This document shows positions 55,989 through 64,000 of a stretch of DNA of 64,000 bases, piece by piece. This stretch comes from Cytophagaceae bacterium (GTDB lineage: Bacteria > Bacteroidota > Bacteroidia > Cytophagales > Flexibacteraceae), in assembly GCA_947458545.1 (NCBI GenBank), contig CANGYH010000003.1:101809-165808 (forward strand). Reading direction: 5' to 3'. Numbering within the stretch: the first letter of the stretch is position 1; each line of letters starts with the position of its first letter. The translations under genes were made by a program, and so were the position numbers. The notes beneath the pieces are model-generated. The model was not told the DNA's origin and searched no databases. It saw only the letters and a program-made list of their open reading frames with translations.

Positions 55989-57287
55989 CTAATGGTTGCC
56001 GTTGCCGTTTAGTTTTTGAGAGAGGTTCGTAGCCAAGCCATTGGCCACATTGGCAGAGGGTTTGGCCGCTTCTGCCAGGGTTTTAGGCACCACCACGGCC
56101 GGGCCCTGAGGCTTGCCTAGGCCGTTAGAGGGTTTGGCGCTGCCGTTAACCAGCCGCTGCACCTCCACCTCAAGCCCGCTGACGGTCTCCAGCTCGTCGG
56201 TGTAGATTCGTTTAAATAGGCTCAGGGCCTGCGCCACTACCTGGTCCATATTATAGTAGCGGTAGGTGGCCAGCCGGCCTACGAAGTGCACGTTGGGCGT
56301 CTGGTCGGCCAGTTTCTTGTACTGGTTGTAGAGTGCCGCATTCTCCGGCTGGGGGATGGGGTAGTAGGGGTCGCCCTCGGCGCGCGGATGCTCGTAGACC
56401 ACCGATGTTTTCTCGTGCTGCTGGCCCGTCAGCCACTTAAACTCCGTTACGCGGGTGTAAGGGTGCTCGTTGGGGAAGTTTACCACCGCCGCTGGCAGGG
56501 CCTGCTCCTGGTTGAGCGTCTTGTGCTCAAAGTGCAGCGAGCGGTAGGGCAGCTTGCCATAGCAGTAGTTAAAGTACTCGTCTATGGGCCCCGTGAAGAT
56601 CATCTGATCGTAGGGGATCGTCTTGGCAATCTCCCGATAATCGGTATTAAGCATCACCTTGATGCCGGGGTGGGCCAGCATGTTCTCGAACATGCGGGTA
56701 AATCCATGCAGCGGCATGGCCTGGTAGGTATCGGTAAAATAACGGTCGTCGCGGTTGGTGCGGGTGGGCACACGGCTGGTAACAGACTTGTCTAGCTCAG
56801 AGGGGTCTAGGCCCCATTGCTTGCGGGTATAATTCTTAAAGAACTTGTCGTAGAGGTAGCGCCCCACCTTAGACACCACCACATCCTCAGAAGTGCGGAT
56901 TTCTGCCACAGGCTCGGCCTGCTGGGCAAAAAAATCTTCTACCTCAAAAGCCGTCAGGTTCAGGCCAAACAGTTTGTTGACGGTATCCAGGTTGATGGGC
57001 ATCGGCACCAGTTGGCCATCTACGCTGGCCTGCACGCGGTGCTCGTAAGGGCGCCAGGCCGTAAACTGGCCCAGATAATCAAACACCTCTTTGCTGTTGG
57101 TATGGAAGATATGCGGCCCGTAGCGGTGCACCAGTATGCCGTCGTCGTTGTAATGGTCGTAGGCGTTGCCGCCAATGTGGTTGCGCTTGTCTATAACCAA
57201 CACACGCTTGCCGGCCACACGGGCCAGGCGCTCGGCCATGACACAACCGGCAAATCCGGCACCAACAATTAAATAATCAAATTTCAC
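55989..57287 (-). CDS. glf: UDP-galactopyranose mutase with a ~50-60 aa low-complexity C-terminal extension
   Basis: FDYLIVGAGFAGCVMAERLA...IDKRNHIGGNAYD...GILVHRYGPHIFHTN... is the Glf FAD-binding signature. The tail is rich in G/N/A/K/P. Confidence 0.88.
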   Translation of the reverse strand: MKFDYLIVGAGFAGCVMAERLARVAGKRVLVIDKRNHIGGNAYDHYNDDGILVHRYGPHIFHTNSKEVFDYLGQFTAWRPYEHRVQASVDGQLVPMPINLDTVNKLFGLNLTAFEVEDFFAQQAEPVAEIRTSEDVVVSKVGRYLYDKFFKNYTRKQWGLDPSELDKSVTSRVPTRTNRDDRYFTDTYQAMPLHGFTRMFENMLAHPGIKVMLNTDYREIAKTIPYDQMIFTGPIDEYFNYCYGKLPYRSLHFEHKTLNQEQALPAAVVNFPNEHPYTRVTEFKWLTGQQHEKTSVVYEHPRAEGDPYYPIPQPENAALYNQYKKLADQTPNVHFVGRLATYRYYNMDQVVAQALSLFKRIYTDELETVSGLEVEVQRLVNGSAKPSNGLGKPQGPAVVVPKTLAEAAKPSANVANGLATNLSQKLNGNGNH

Positions 57288-57362
57288 GGTTTTTGTGGGG
57301 TGGTTTAATAGAAATTAAATCAGACGATAAAGCCAACCATTAATGCCCGGCTTTACAACAGA

Positions 57363-57393
57363 GGCGCGCTTCTTATGAGGTAAGAAGCGCGCC
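57363..57393 (-). terminator. Hairpin downstream of the glycosyltransferase gene
   Basis: ggcgcgcttctta-tgagg-taagaagcgcgcc (13-bp stem), between 57427 (stop) and 57287 (glf start). Confidence 0.6.
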
Positions 57394-57426
57394 GCGTCGC
57401 TTGGCAACTATGCCCTCAGGGCATTG

Positions 57427-58629
57427 TTATCGGGTATGGTTACGGAGTTGGGCCACAATCAGTTGTCGCATGTTGGCCCAAGTGTTATCCCAGCTGTTGT
57501 CTACCAAAAAAATATCCACTTGTTGCAGCCAATTTTTATCTGATTTTTGCGCCAGTGCGCGCTCTATGGCAGCCACAAATTCGGCGGGCTCGTCGGCAAT
57601 ATGTACCAGGCCTTCTGCCCCATAAGGCCGCACCACATCGGTAATGCTGGTAGATACGGTAGGCTTGCCTGCGGCCAGATACTCGGGCGTTTTGGTAGGC
57701 GATATGAAGCGCGTACTCTCGTTGCGGGCAAAGGGCAGCAGGGCCACATCCCAGGCGGCCAGGTGGGCGGGCAGCTCGGTGTATGCGCGGCCGCCGGGGT
57801 AGTGTATGTTGGGTGCTTGGGGCAGGCTGGCCGGATCTATTTTAACCACGGGGCCCAGCATCACAAACTGCCAGCCGGGCCGCAGGGCCGCCGCGTCGCG
57901 CAGCAGGTCTGTGTCAAACCGTTCGTCTATCACGCCATAAAAGCCTAGGCGGGGTCCGTCGGGCAGCGTCTCATACTCGGCAGGGCGCTCCGTCAGGGTT
58001 CGGGCCTGGGCAAAATGCTCCTTCTCGATACTGCTGGGGAAGCAGTGGATGTTGCCATGCCGGTGCACCTTGGCGTCGTAAAGGCTTTGCCCACCCGTAA
58101 AGACGACATTGGCCCGGGCCAGCAGCCGGGCCTCTTGGTCCAGAATCTCGGGCGGGGCACCTCGGAAGGCCGACAGCTCGTCCATCACGTCAAACGCGAC
58201 GGCGGCAGGCTCTGGCAAGGCAGGCAGAAGGTCTATGGCCGCCGGGGCGTAGGCCCACAGCACATAGCCGCCCAGCCCTTGCGAGGCCAGATGATCGGCC
58301 AAGAGGCGGTTGGTCTCTCGGTCAAGCTCGGCCCGGTCGTGGCCGTGCGGGGCGCTCATGCGCAAGATGGTGACGGCCCCGTTTTGGCGCGGTAGCACCT
58401 CTGGCGTAGGCGCTGCAACGTCTGCGTAGAGCGGCTCTTCTACAAAAATGACGGGTGCCTCTTGTGCGGCACGGCTAAGCAGATGCTGGGGGCGCTGCCA
58501 GACAAAGTCCCAACGCAGGTGTGAGATAGCTACCAACGCAGGCCATGGGGCCGAGGCGGCAACAGGCGGATTGTAGGCAACAGCAGGCTCGGCAGCCTCG
58601 GGCAGAAGGCTCTCAGTAGGAGACGACAT
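57427..58629 (-). CDS. Glycosyltransferase (GT-B fold, family 1/4-like)
   Basis: The C-terminal half has a typical GT1 pattern (FYGVIDERFD...LGPVVKI...GGRAYTELPAHLAAWDVALLPFARNESTRFISPTKTPEYLAAGKP). It is adjacent to glf. Confidence 0.6.
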   Translation of the reverse strand: MSSPTESLLPEAAEPAVAYNPPVAASAPWPALVAISHLRWDFVWQRPQHLLSRAAQEAPVIFVEEPLYADVAAPTPEVLPRQNGAVTILRMSAPHGHDRAELDRETNRLLADHLASQGLGGYVLWAYAPAAIDLLPALPEPAAVAFDVMDELSAFRGAPPEILDQEARLLARANVVFTGGQSLYDAKVHRHGNIHCFPSSIEKEHFAQARTLTERPAEYETLPDGPRLGFYGVIDERFDTDLLRDAAALRPGWQFVMLGPVVKIDPASLPQAPNIHYPGGRAYTELPAHLAAWDVALLPFARNESTRFISPTKTPEYLAAGKPTVSTSITDVVRPYGAEGLVHIADEPAEFVAAIERALAQKSDKNWLQQVDIFLVDNSWDNTWANMRQLIVAQLRNHTR

Positions 58630-58742
58630 AGTGGGAGTAAGGGGCGCTTATGGCGGCGCTCTAAACGGCGCCGCACATGCCTTGTAGGCCCCTCCCTATA
58701 CGCGCTTGCCGGTGTTGGGGTTAGCAGGCGCCTGCCCAGGGG

Positions 58743-59498
58743 CTAGGCCTGCCCCTTGGGCAGGCGCTCGTCTCGCAGGCGCACGGGGCGGCTGCTGCGC
58801 TTGCGGAAGGTCATGTTGAGGGCCTCTACCCCAAGCGCAAATGCCATGGCAAAATACACGTAGCCTTTGTTGACGTGGACGTCAAAAGCCTCTACCACCA
58901 GCAAGAAGCCTATCATCACCAAAAAGCTGAGGGCCAGCATCTTGATGGTGGGGTGCTTCTCTATAAAGCGCGAGATGGCCCCGGCAAAGAACATCATGAT
59001 GCCGATGGAGATGACCACGGCCGTAATCATGACGATGATCTGCCGCGAGAGGCCCACCGCCGTCAGGATAGAGTCGAAGCTGAAGACTATGTCTATCAGT
59101 ACGATTTGAAGCACGATGCCGCCGAAGGTAGCAGCTCCTTTGCTGCCTGCTTCGGCCTCGGTGGCGCCCTCCAGCTTGTGGTGAATCTCGCTCACCGTCT
59201 TGGCAATCAAGAAAAGGCCGCCCGCCAGCAAGATCAAGTCTCTGCCAGAGAAGCCAAAGCCTGCTACGGTAAACAGGTCTTCTTTCAGGCTCACGATCCA
59301 ACTGATGGACAGCAGCAGTACCACCCGCACGGCCATGGCCAGCACAAGGCCAATGCGGCGCGCGCGCTCTTGTTGCTGCACGGGCAGCCGGGCCGCCAGG
59401 ATGGAGATGAAGATGACGTTGTCTATGCCCAGTACAATCTCTAGCGCTGTAAGGGTAAGCAAAGAGATGAGGGCTTCTGAGGTTAATAGCTCTTGCAT
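58743..59498 (-). CDS. TerC family integral membrane protein
   Basis: LTLTALEIVLGIDNVIFISI and ...LIDIVFSFDSILTAVG motifs. The start is set at MQELLTSE (ATG 59498). Confidence 0.8.
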   Translation of the reverse strand: MQELLTSEALISLLTLTALEIVLGIDNVIFISILAARLPVQQQERARRIGLVLAMAVRVVLLLSISWIVSLKEDLFTVAGFGFSGRDLILLAGGLFLIAKTVSEIHHKLEGATEAEAGSKGAATFGGIVLQIVLIDIVFSFDSILTAVGLSRQIIVMITAVVISIGIMMFFAGAISRFIEKHPTIKMLALSFLVMIGFLLVVEAFDVHVNKGYVYFAMAFALGVEALNMTFRKRSSRPVRLRDERLPKGQA

Positions 59499-59544
59499 GG
59501 CGGCACAAAGGTGCAAGTTTGATGCCAACTGCTACGGCTGCCCA

Positions 59545-60246
59545 CTAATTGGCGTTGCGTACGTCTGCCACAACGAGGCCGTCTCGCAGGGTGATGGTGC
59601 GGTCTGTCTTCTCGGCCAGGGCTGGGTCGTGGGTGACCATGACGATGGTCTGGTGGAATTTGCGGGCCAGCTCACGGAAGATCTCGAAGACGAGGCGGGC
59701 GTTGGTAGAGTCCAGATTGCCGGTGGGCTCGTCTCCGAAGATGACCTTGGGCTCGTTGATCAGCGCCCGGGCTATGGCCACCCGTTGCTGCTGCCCGCCC
59801 GATAGCTGCCGCGCCTTTTTGTGGGCCTGGTCTGCCAGGCCGAGCAGCTCCAGCTTCTCTAAGGCGCGCTTGCGGATTTCGTCCTCGCGGTATTTGCGCA
59901 GGCGGTAGGCGGGCAGGCAGACGTTCTCTAGCACCGTGAACTCGGGCAGCAGGTAGTGAAACTGGAACACGAAGCCGATGTCTCTGTTCCGCAAGCCTGC
60001 TACCTCGTTAGAGTTCAGGCTCTCTACGGGGCGGCCGCGCCAGCGCAGGCTGCCGCCAAACTGGGTATCCAGCGTAGAGAGGATGTAAAGCAGCGTACTC
60101 TTGCCCGAGCCCGACGAGCCGACGATAGACACAAACTCGCCCGGGTATATGGCCACGTCTATCCCCTTGAGCACCAGCAGATCTAGCCCGTCGTGGAAGG
60201 TCTTGGTCAGCCCTTCGGTCTCTATAAGGGGGGCGGGTTTGGCCAT
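59545..60246 (-). CDS. lolD: ABC transporter ATP-binding protein (LolD/MacB-type)
   Basis: Walker A GSSGSGKSTLL, FVFQFHYLLPEFTVLENV, signature LSGGQQQRVAIARAL and Walker B IFGDEPTGNLD. Confidence 0.75.
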   Translation of the reverse strand: MAKPAPLIETEGLTKTFHDGLDLLVLKGIDVAIYPGEFVSIVGSSGSGKSTLLYILSTLDTQFGGSLRWRGRPVESLNSNEVAGLRNRDIGFVFQFHYLLPEFTVLENVCLPAYRLRKYREDEIRKRALEKLELLGLADQAHKKARQLSGGQQQRVAIARALINEPKVIFGDEPTGNLDSTNARLVFEIFRELARKFHQTIVMVTHDPALAEKTDRTITLRDGLVVADVRNAN

Positions 60247-60289
60247 ACAGCTGCAAAAATGGGGGGCAGTGGAGGTATCCGGGCATAAA

Positions 60290-60319
60290 AAAGCCTCCGG
60301 CCATGGGGCCGGAGGCTTT
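60290..60319 (-). terminator. Rho-independent terminator of the SusC/SusD/LamG operon
   Basis: aaagcctccggcc-atgg-ggccggaggcttt. On the minus strand the hairpin is followed by tttttt (complement of 60285-60290). Confidence 0.8.
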
Positions 60320-60348
60320 GATTGTAGGCTCTAAACGGAGTGCTAGAC

Positions 60349-61602
60349 CTAGCGCTCGGCGTTGTAAAGGGTGGTTACGTCGTCGGCGGTGATGGCCGTG
60401 TTCCAGAAGCGAACGTTATCCAGTGCACCTTTGAAGTGGTTGGCACCGGGCTTGTTGTAGTCGCCAAAGTCGGTGTCAGACCAGAAGCTGGCATCGCGGC
60501 CTTTGCCGAAGCCGAAAGCCCAGGTGGTTGACAGGTCGCTGGCGGTTTGGGTACGCATACCGATTACGCGGCGCTTGCTGTCGCCTACGGGCCACAGGTT
60601 GAAGTCAGACGCCATTACGCGCTGGCCGTTGAGGTACATGGTGCGGATTTTGGTGGTAGCGTCGTACGTGTGGACGACGTGCACCCACTTGTCTGGCACC
60701 TCTTGCTTCAGATTGCGGGTGTCTTTGAAGGTGTGACCCATCCAGCCGCCGGTGGTGTTGTACTGGCCGTTGGCATTGTAGAAGAGGTCTTCGCCGGTGT
60801 TAGAGTCTGCACTGGCGGCAAAGTTGAAGTTGGCCGCAGACTTGAACCACTCACCATTGCGGGTAAACTCGAACTGGTGGCCGCGGAAGAAGTTGGCACC
60901 CATCACGAAGTGGCCGTGCGTTTGGTTGGTGTCTAGCTTGATCCAGAAAGCCAGTGAGTTAGATGGCGTGATCAGGCTGGTACCGTTGGCAACCTCGATG
61001 ATAGAGCGGTCTCCGTCGAACATGGCGGCTGCGCCGGCATTGTTCTTACGGTCTGCCCCGAAGGTGATGGCCTCTTGGCCGCTGATGTTGAGGCGTCCCT
61101 GGCTCTCGTTGACGGTGCCGTCGAAGGCCCAGAAGGCGATCTGGTTGCCGACTTTGGGCGGCGTTACGTTGAGCGGGCCAAACGTGGTGAAGGTGAAGTT
61201 GCGGGCTGCAAAGCTGCCACCGTCGTTGGCCTTGAGGGCGTTAGACAGCGTCAGGGTGTAGCGCGTGCCGCTGAGCAGGTCGTTGGTGGGGTTCACCACG
61301 ATAGAGTCTCCGGCTGCGGTTACGGTAGCTGCAACGGCAGTGCCGCCGGTGGGCGTCAGTGTTACGCTGGTGGCCGTGGCAGTAGAGGCGTTGAGCGCCT
61401 TGTTGAAGCGTACTACAACGTTAGAGGTAAGGCCAACGCCGGTAGCGGCGGTAGCACCGGCAATGTCGCGACCGCCAACGGTGGCCGTGCTTACCGTGAG
61501 GGCGCCGACTTCGTCTTCTTGCTTGCAAGACACCAGGCTCAGGGCGCTGGCTGCCAGCAATGCGGTGCCCATCAATACGGGGCGGAAAATGCTTGTTTGC
61601 AT
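60349..61602 (-). CDS. Surface lipoprotein with an Ig-like N-terminal domain and a LamG/concanavalin-like domain (PUL accessory protein)
   Basis: Lipobox LAASALSLVSC. An SbsA-Ig-like segment (VVVRFNKALNASTATATSVTLTP) is followed by a LamG-type ending FKGALDNVRFWNTAITADDV. Confidence 0.6.
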   Translation of the reverse strand: MQTSIFRPVLMGTALLAASALSLVSCKQEDEVGALTVSTATVGGRDIAGATAATGVGLTSNVVVRFNKALNASTATATSVTLTPTGGTAVAATVTAAGDSIVVNPTNDLLSGTRYTLTLSNALKANDGGSFAARNFTFTTFGPLNVTPPKVGNQIAFWAFDGTVNESQGRLNISGQEAITFGADRKNNAGAAAMFDGDRSIIEVANGTSLITPSNSLAFWIKLDTNQTHGHFVMGANFFRGHQFEFTRNGEWFKSAANFNFAASADSNTGEDLFYNANGQYNTTGGWMGHTFKDTRNLKQEVPDKWVHVVHTYDATTKIRTMYLNGQRVMASDFNLWPVGDSKRRVIGMRTQTASDLSTTWAFGFGKGRDASFWSDTDFGDYNKPGANHFKGALDNVRFWNTAITADDVTTLYNAER

Positions 61603-61720
61603 GTTGTGGAGAGTGAGGAAGAAATTTGGTTAAAACGGTGTTCTTACCTAGGCAAATATAGGCCTGGAGCGATTGCTTTCGGGCAAAATAAATGGTAGGA
61701 CTTCAGAAAGAAAGAATGGC

Positions 61721-63238
61721 TTAATATTGAGGATTTTGTTTTAGATGCCCGCCGCTGATATCTATTTCTGTCTGCGGGATGGGCTGTAGCTCGTGCTTGC
61801 CGCGTACAAAGCCCATGGGCACCATCAGCTCTGTGCGGCCGGTGCGGACAAGGTCGTAGAAGCGGCTGCTCTCGGAGGCCAGCTCGAAGCGGCGCTCCCG
61901 GTAAACGGCTTGGCGCAGGTCGTCGCCGGGCAGTACGTCTGGCAGGGCGGCGGGGTTGCCGCCCCGGGCCCGGGCCCGCACCTGGTTGATGTAGCCTGCG
62001 GCCTGGGCAGGGTCTCCGCCTGTCTCTACGATGGCCTCGGCGGCCATCAGCAGCACGTCGGCATAGCGGATGTAGCGGCGGTTGTGGCCCCACTGCGTAG
62101 GCACGTTGTTGCCCGGTGTCCAGACCTTGCGGTTGTACACTTCGATTTCGGTGGTGTCTCCGTTTACGATCGTAACATCGGGCGTGCCGCCGTCTCCGGT
62201 GATGACGATGCCATCGAGCGTGTCGCCCAGGTTGATGAAAGACTGCCGCCGGCGTACGTCGCCGGGCTCAAAGGCTTTTAAGAAGGCATAGGTGGGCCGG
62301 TTAAAACCCCAGCCCCGGTTGGGCGAGCCGCGCACGCCCTGCACGTTGCCGTATTGGTTGCCGCCCAGGTCTTGCCCGAAGAAGTCTTCTTGCGGGGTGG
62401 CCCCAATCTCAAAGACAGACTCTGGCCCATGCTGGCGCGCCACGCTGAAGGCATCTATGAAGTTGGGCTCCAGGCTGTAAACGTTGGAGTTGATAACGGC
62501 CACGGCTGCGTCTCGGGCTACGGCCCAGTCTTTAAAAAAGAGGGCAGCGCGGGCCAGCAGGCCGTTGGCCGCGCCGCTGGTGGCACGGCCGAGGTCATCG
62601 CCGGTGTAGCGCAGGGGCAGGTTTTGGCGGGCAAAGTCCAGGTCTGGCTTGATGATCTCGTTGTAAATCTCTATGGCAGAGGCCTGGCGCACGCGGTTGG
62701 CAGGCGGGGCGTTTACCGTAGTCACAAAGGGCACGTTGCCAAAGGCCCGGGCCAGATCCAGGTAGAAGAGTGCGCGCAAAAAGCGGGCCTCGGCCAGGTA
62801 GCGGTTGCGCAGGGGGGCATCCATGGGTGTGGAGGGTACCCGCTCTATGACGGAGTTGGTGCGGCGCACCCCCACGTAGAGGGCGGCGTACCAGTCTTGG
62901 CTGTTGGTGGTGCTGGCATTGAGCTGAAACCTGTCGTAAGGCAGGCCTATGTTAGACAACGCATCTGTTGGGTTGGAGCCTTTGACGTAGTCGTCGGCCA
63001 TGATGTCCAAGATGGGGAAGAGCCCCTCGTTGAACTGGTTGAACCGCAACACGTTGTAGCAACCGTTTACGCCGAGCTTGGCGTTTTCGGGCGTGGCAAA
63101 CAGGGCTTCGTCTGTGACGAATCCCTGCGGTTTTACCTCTAGGTTGTTGCGGCAGCCGGTGGTGGCCAGCACCAGGGCAAAAGCCAGCAGGCCCGGGCAG
63201 AGGCGGCACAGGGCCTTAAGGGCAGTAGAGCGTGGCAT
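61721..63238 (-). CDS. susD: RagB/SusD family nutrient-uptake outer membrane lipoprotein
   Basis: Lipobox ATTGC, then AKLGVNGCYNVLRF..., RAEARFLRALFYLDLARAFGNVPF and C-terminal ERRFELASESSRFYDLVR, which are typical SusD signatures. Confidence 0.88.
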   Translation of the reverse strand: MPRSTALKALCRLCPGLLAFALVLATTGCRNNLEVKPQGFVTDEALFATPENAKLGVNGCYNVLRFNQFNEGLFPILDIMADDYVKGSNPTDALSNIGLPYDRFQLNASTTNSQDWYAALYVGVRRTNSVIERVPSTPMDAPLRNRYLAEARFLRALFYLDLARAFGNVPFVTTVNAPPANRVRQASAIEIYNEIIKPDLDFARQNLPLRYTGDDLGRATSGAANGLLARAALFFKDWAVARDAAVAVINSNVYSLEPNFIDAFSVARQHGPESVFEIGATPQEDFFGQDLGGNQYGNVQGVRGSPNRGWGFNRPTYAFLKAFEPGDVRRRQSFINLGDTLDGIVITGDGGTPDVTIVNGDTTEIEVYNRKVWTPGNNVPTQWGHNRRYIRYADVLLMAAEAIVETGGDPAQAAGYINQVRARARGGNPAALPDVLPGDDLRQAVYRERRFELASESSRFYDLVRTGRTELMVPMGFVRGKHELQPIPQTEIDISGGHLKQNPQY

Positions 63239-63275
63239 AGCTAAAGTAGCTTGATGGTGTTGATGGATGTGGTGT

Positions 63276-64000
63276 TTAGAAGCTGACGTTGACCCCGCCC
63301 GAGATAACCCGCGTGATGGGGTAGCGGCCCAGGTCTATACCTGCAGAGAGGGCGTTGCTGTCGCCGATCTCTGGGCTGTAGCCGGTGAATTGGGTGAGCG
63401 TAAAGAGGTTGGTGCCCCTTACGAAGACGCTTATGCCCTGGGCTTTTAGCCTGTCTTGCAGGGGCTGCGGCAGCCTGTAGCTCAACGTCAGGGTGCGGAG
63501 GCGCAAGAAGTCTCCCTTCTGCAGAAAGAGCTGGCTGGGCAAAAAGTTGGCACCGCTGACGGTGGCCCGGGGCAGGCTGTTGGTGGGGTTGTCGGGCGTC
63601 CAACGGTCGGCCCAGCGCTCCTCGAAGTTGGCCAGCCCGGGGCGAATGACCTCTTTGCCGTTGTAGATCATGTTGCCCGTCTGGCCCTGGAAGTCGGCCT
63701 GCAGGTCGAAGCCCTTGTAGCTGGCCCCGAGGTTGAAGCCGAACACGAACTTGGGTATGGGCGAGCCCATAAAGACACGGTCGCTGTCGTTGATGCGGCC
63801 GCTGCGGTTTACGTCTTCAAACTTGGCGTCGCCGGGGCGGGTGCCTGCAAAGCTGGGGTAGCCATCGATCTCGGCCTGATTCTGGAAGACGCCGATGAAG
63901 TTCCACCCGTAAAAGTCGCCGATGCTGCGGCCCACTTGGGTGCGCGTGATGAAGCTGCCCTCTAGCCCGCCTGCCGCGATGAAAGAGCCGCTCTGGCCGA
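63276..64000 (-). CDS. susC: SusC/RagA TonB-dependent receptor, C-terminal part (gene continues beyond the window)
   Basis: C-terminal barrel strands ending ...RVISGGVNVSF, 37 nt upstream of susD on the same strand. The reading frame stays open upstream of the first Met listed in the track. Confidence 0.8.
   Translation of the reverse strand, partial: GQSGSFIAAGGLEGSFITRTQVGRSIGDFYGWNFIGVFQNQAEIDGYPSFAGTRPGDAKFEDVNRSGRINDSDRVFMGSPIPKFVFGFNLGASYKGFDLQADFQGQTGNMIYNGKEVIRPGLANFEERWADRWTPDNPTNSLPRATVSGANFLPSQLFLQKGDFLRLRTLTLSYRLPQPLQDRLKAQGISVFVRGTNLFTLTQFTGYSPEIGDSNALSAGIDLGRYPITRVISGGVNVSF

Noticed and set aside
59499-59544. yybP-ykoY manganese riboswitch upstream of the TerC-family gene
   Set aside because: Only 46 nt separate the TerC start from the upstream LolD-like gene stop, which is too short for the riboswitch.
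62354-63142. 262-aa + strand ORF inside susD
   Set aside because: It is an antisense artefact of a clearly recognisable SusD-family gene.

Overview
This window looks like a high-GC (about 60%+ by eye) Bacteroidota chromosome segment, possibly Hymenobacteraceae/Cytophagia-like; that taxonomic guess rests only on gene content. The supporting genes are a SusC/SusD pair, a T9SS C-terminal sorting domain protein, TamB, a BatA-like VWA protein and Bacteroidota-type arginine decarboxylase. The backbone is ordinary housekeeping: gluQ, tamB, speA-like, smc, hutU, groES/groEL, dapA, recQ-family helicase, rseP, an msbA-like ABC exporter, fsa/transaldolase, scpA, a glf galactofuranose cluster, a TerC protein, a LolD-like ATPase and a PUL fragment.

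The backbone is interrupted by small accessory patches:
- Four visibly AT-rich or intermediate-GC islets carry a Fic gene or orphan genes (2.1-3.5 kb, 13.4-15.5 kb, 22.7-23.8 kb, 37.0-38.3 kb).
- There are three type II toxin-antitoxin modules: two ParE/RelE-like and one RES-Xre.
- One ParE-like module sits in a 684-bp insert bracketed by perfect 55-bp direct repeats that duplicate the 3' end of the VWA gene.
- One REP-associated tyrosine transposase (RAYT) is flanked by inverted double-hairpin REP units.
- Several other short hairpin-repeat families bracket the AT-rich islets.
- An ~860-bp non-coding, mirror-symmetric repeat array lies between smc and a cytochrome c peroxidase gene.

I found no rRNA, tRNA, CRISPR array, integrase or phage structural genes. 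No recognisable multi-gene defence system is present. The best candidates for something undescribed are the repeat-bracketed AT-rich orphan genes, the integrase-less TA cassette with att-like repeats, and the patatin-DUF5675 pair. All functional calls come from motif recognition in the translated ORFs without database searches. Many long ORFs in the supplied track are antisense or alternative-frame artefacts of high GC and were not called.
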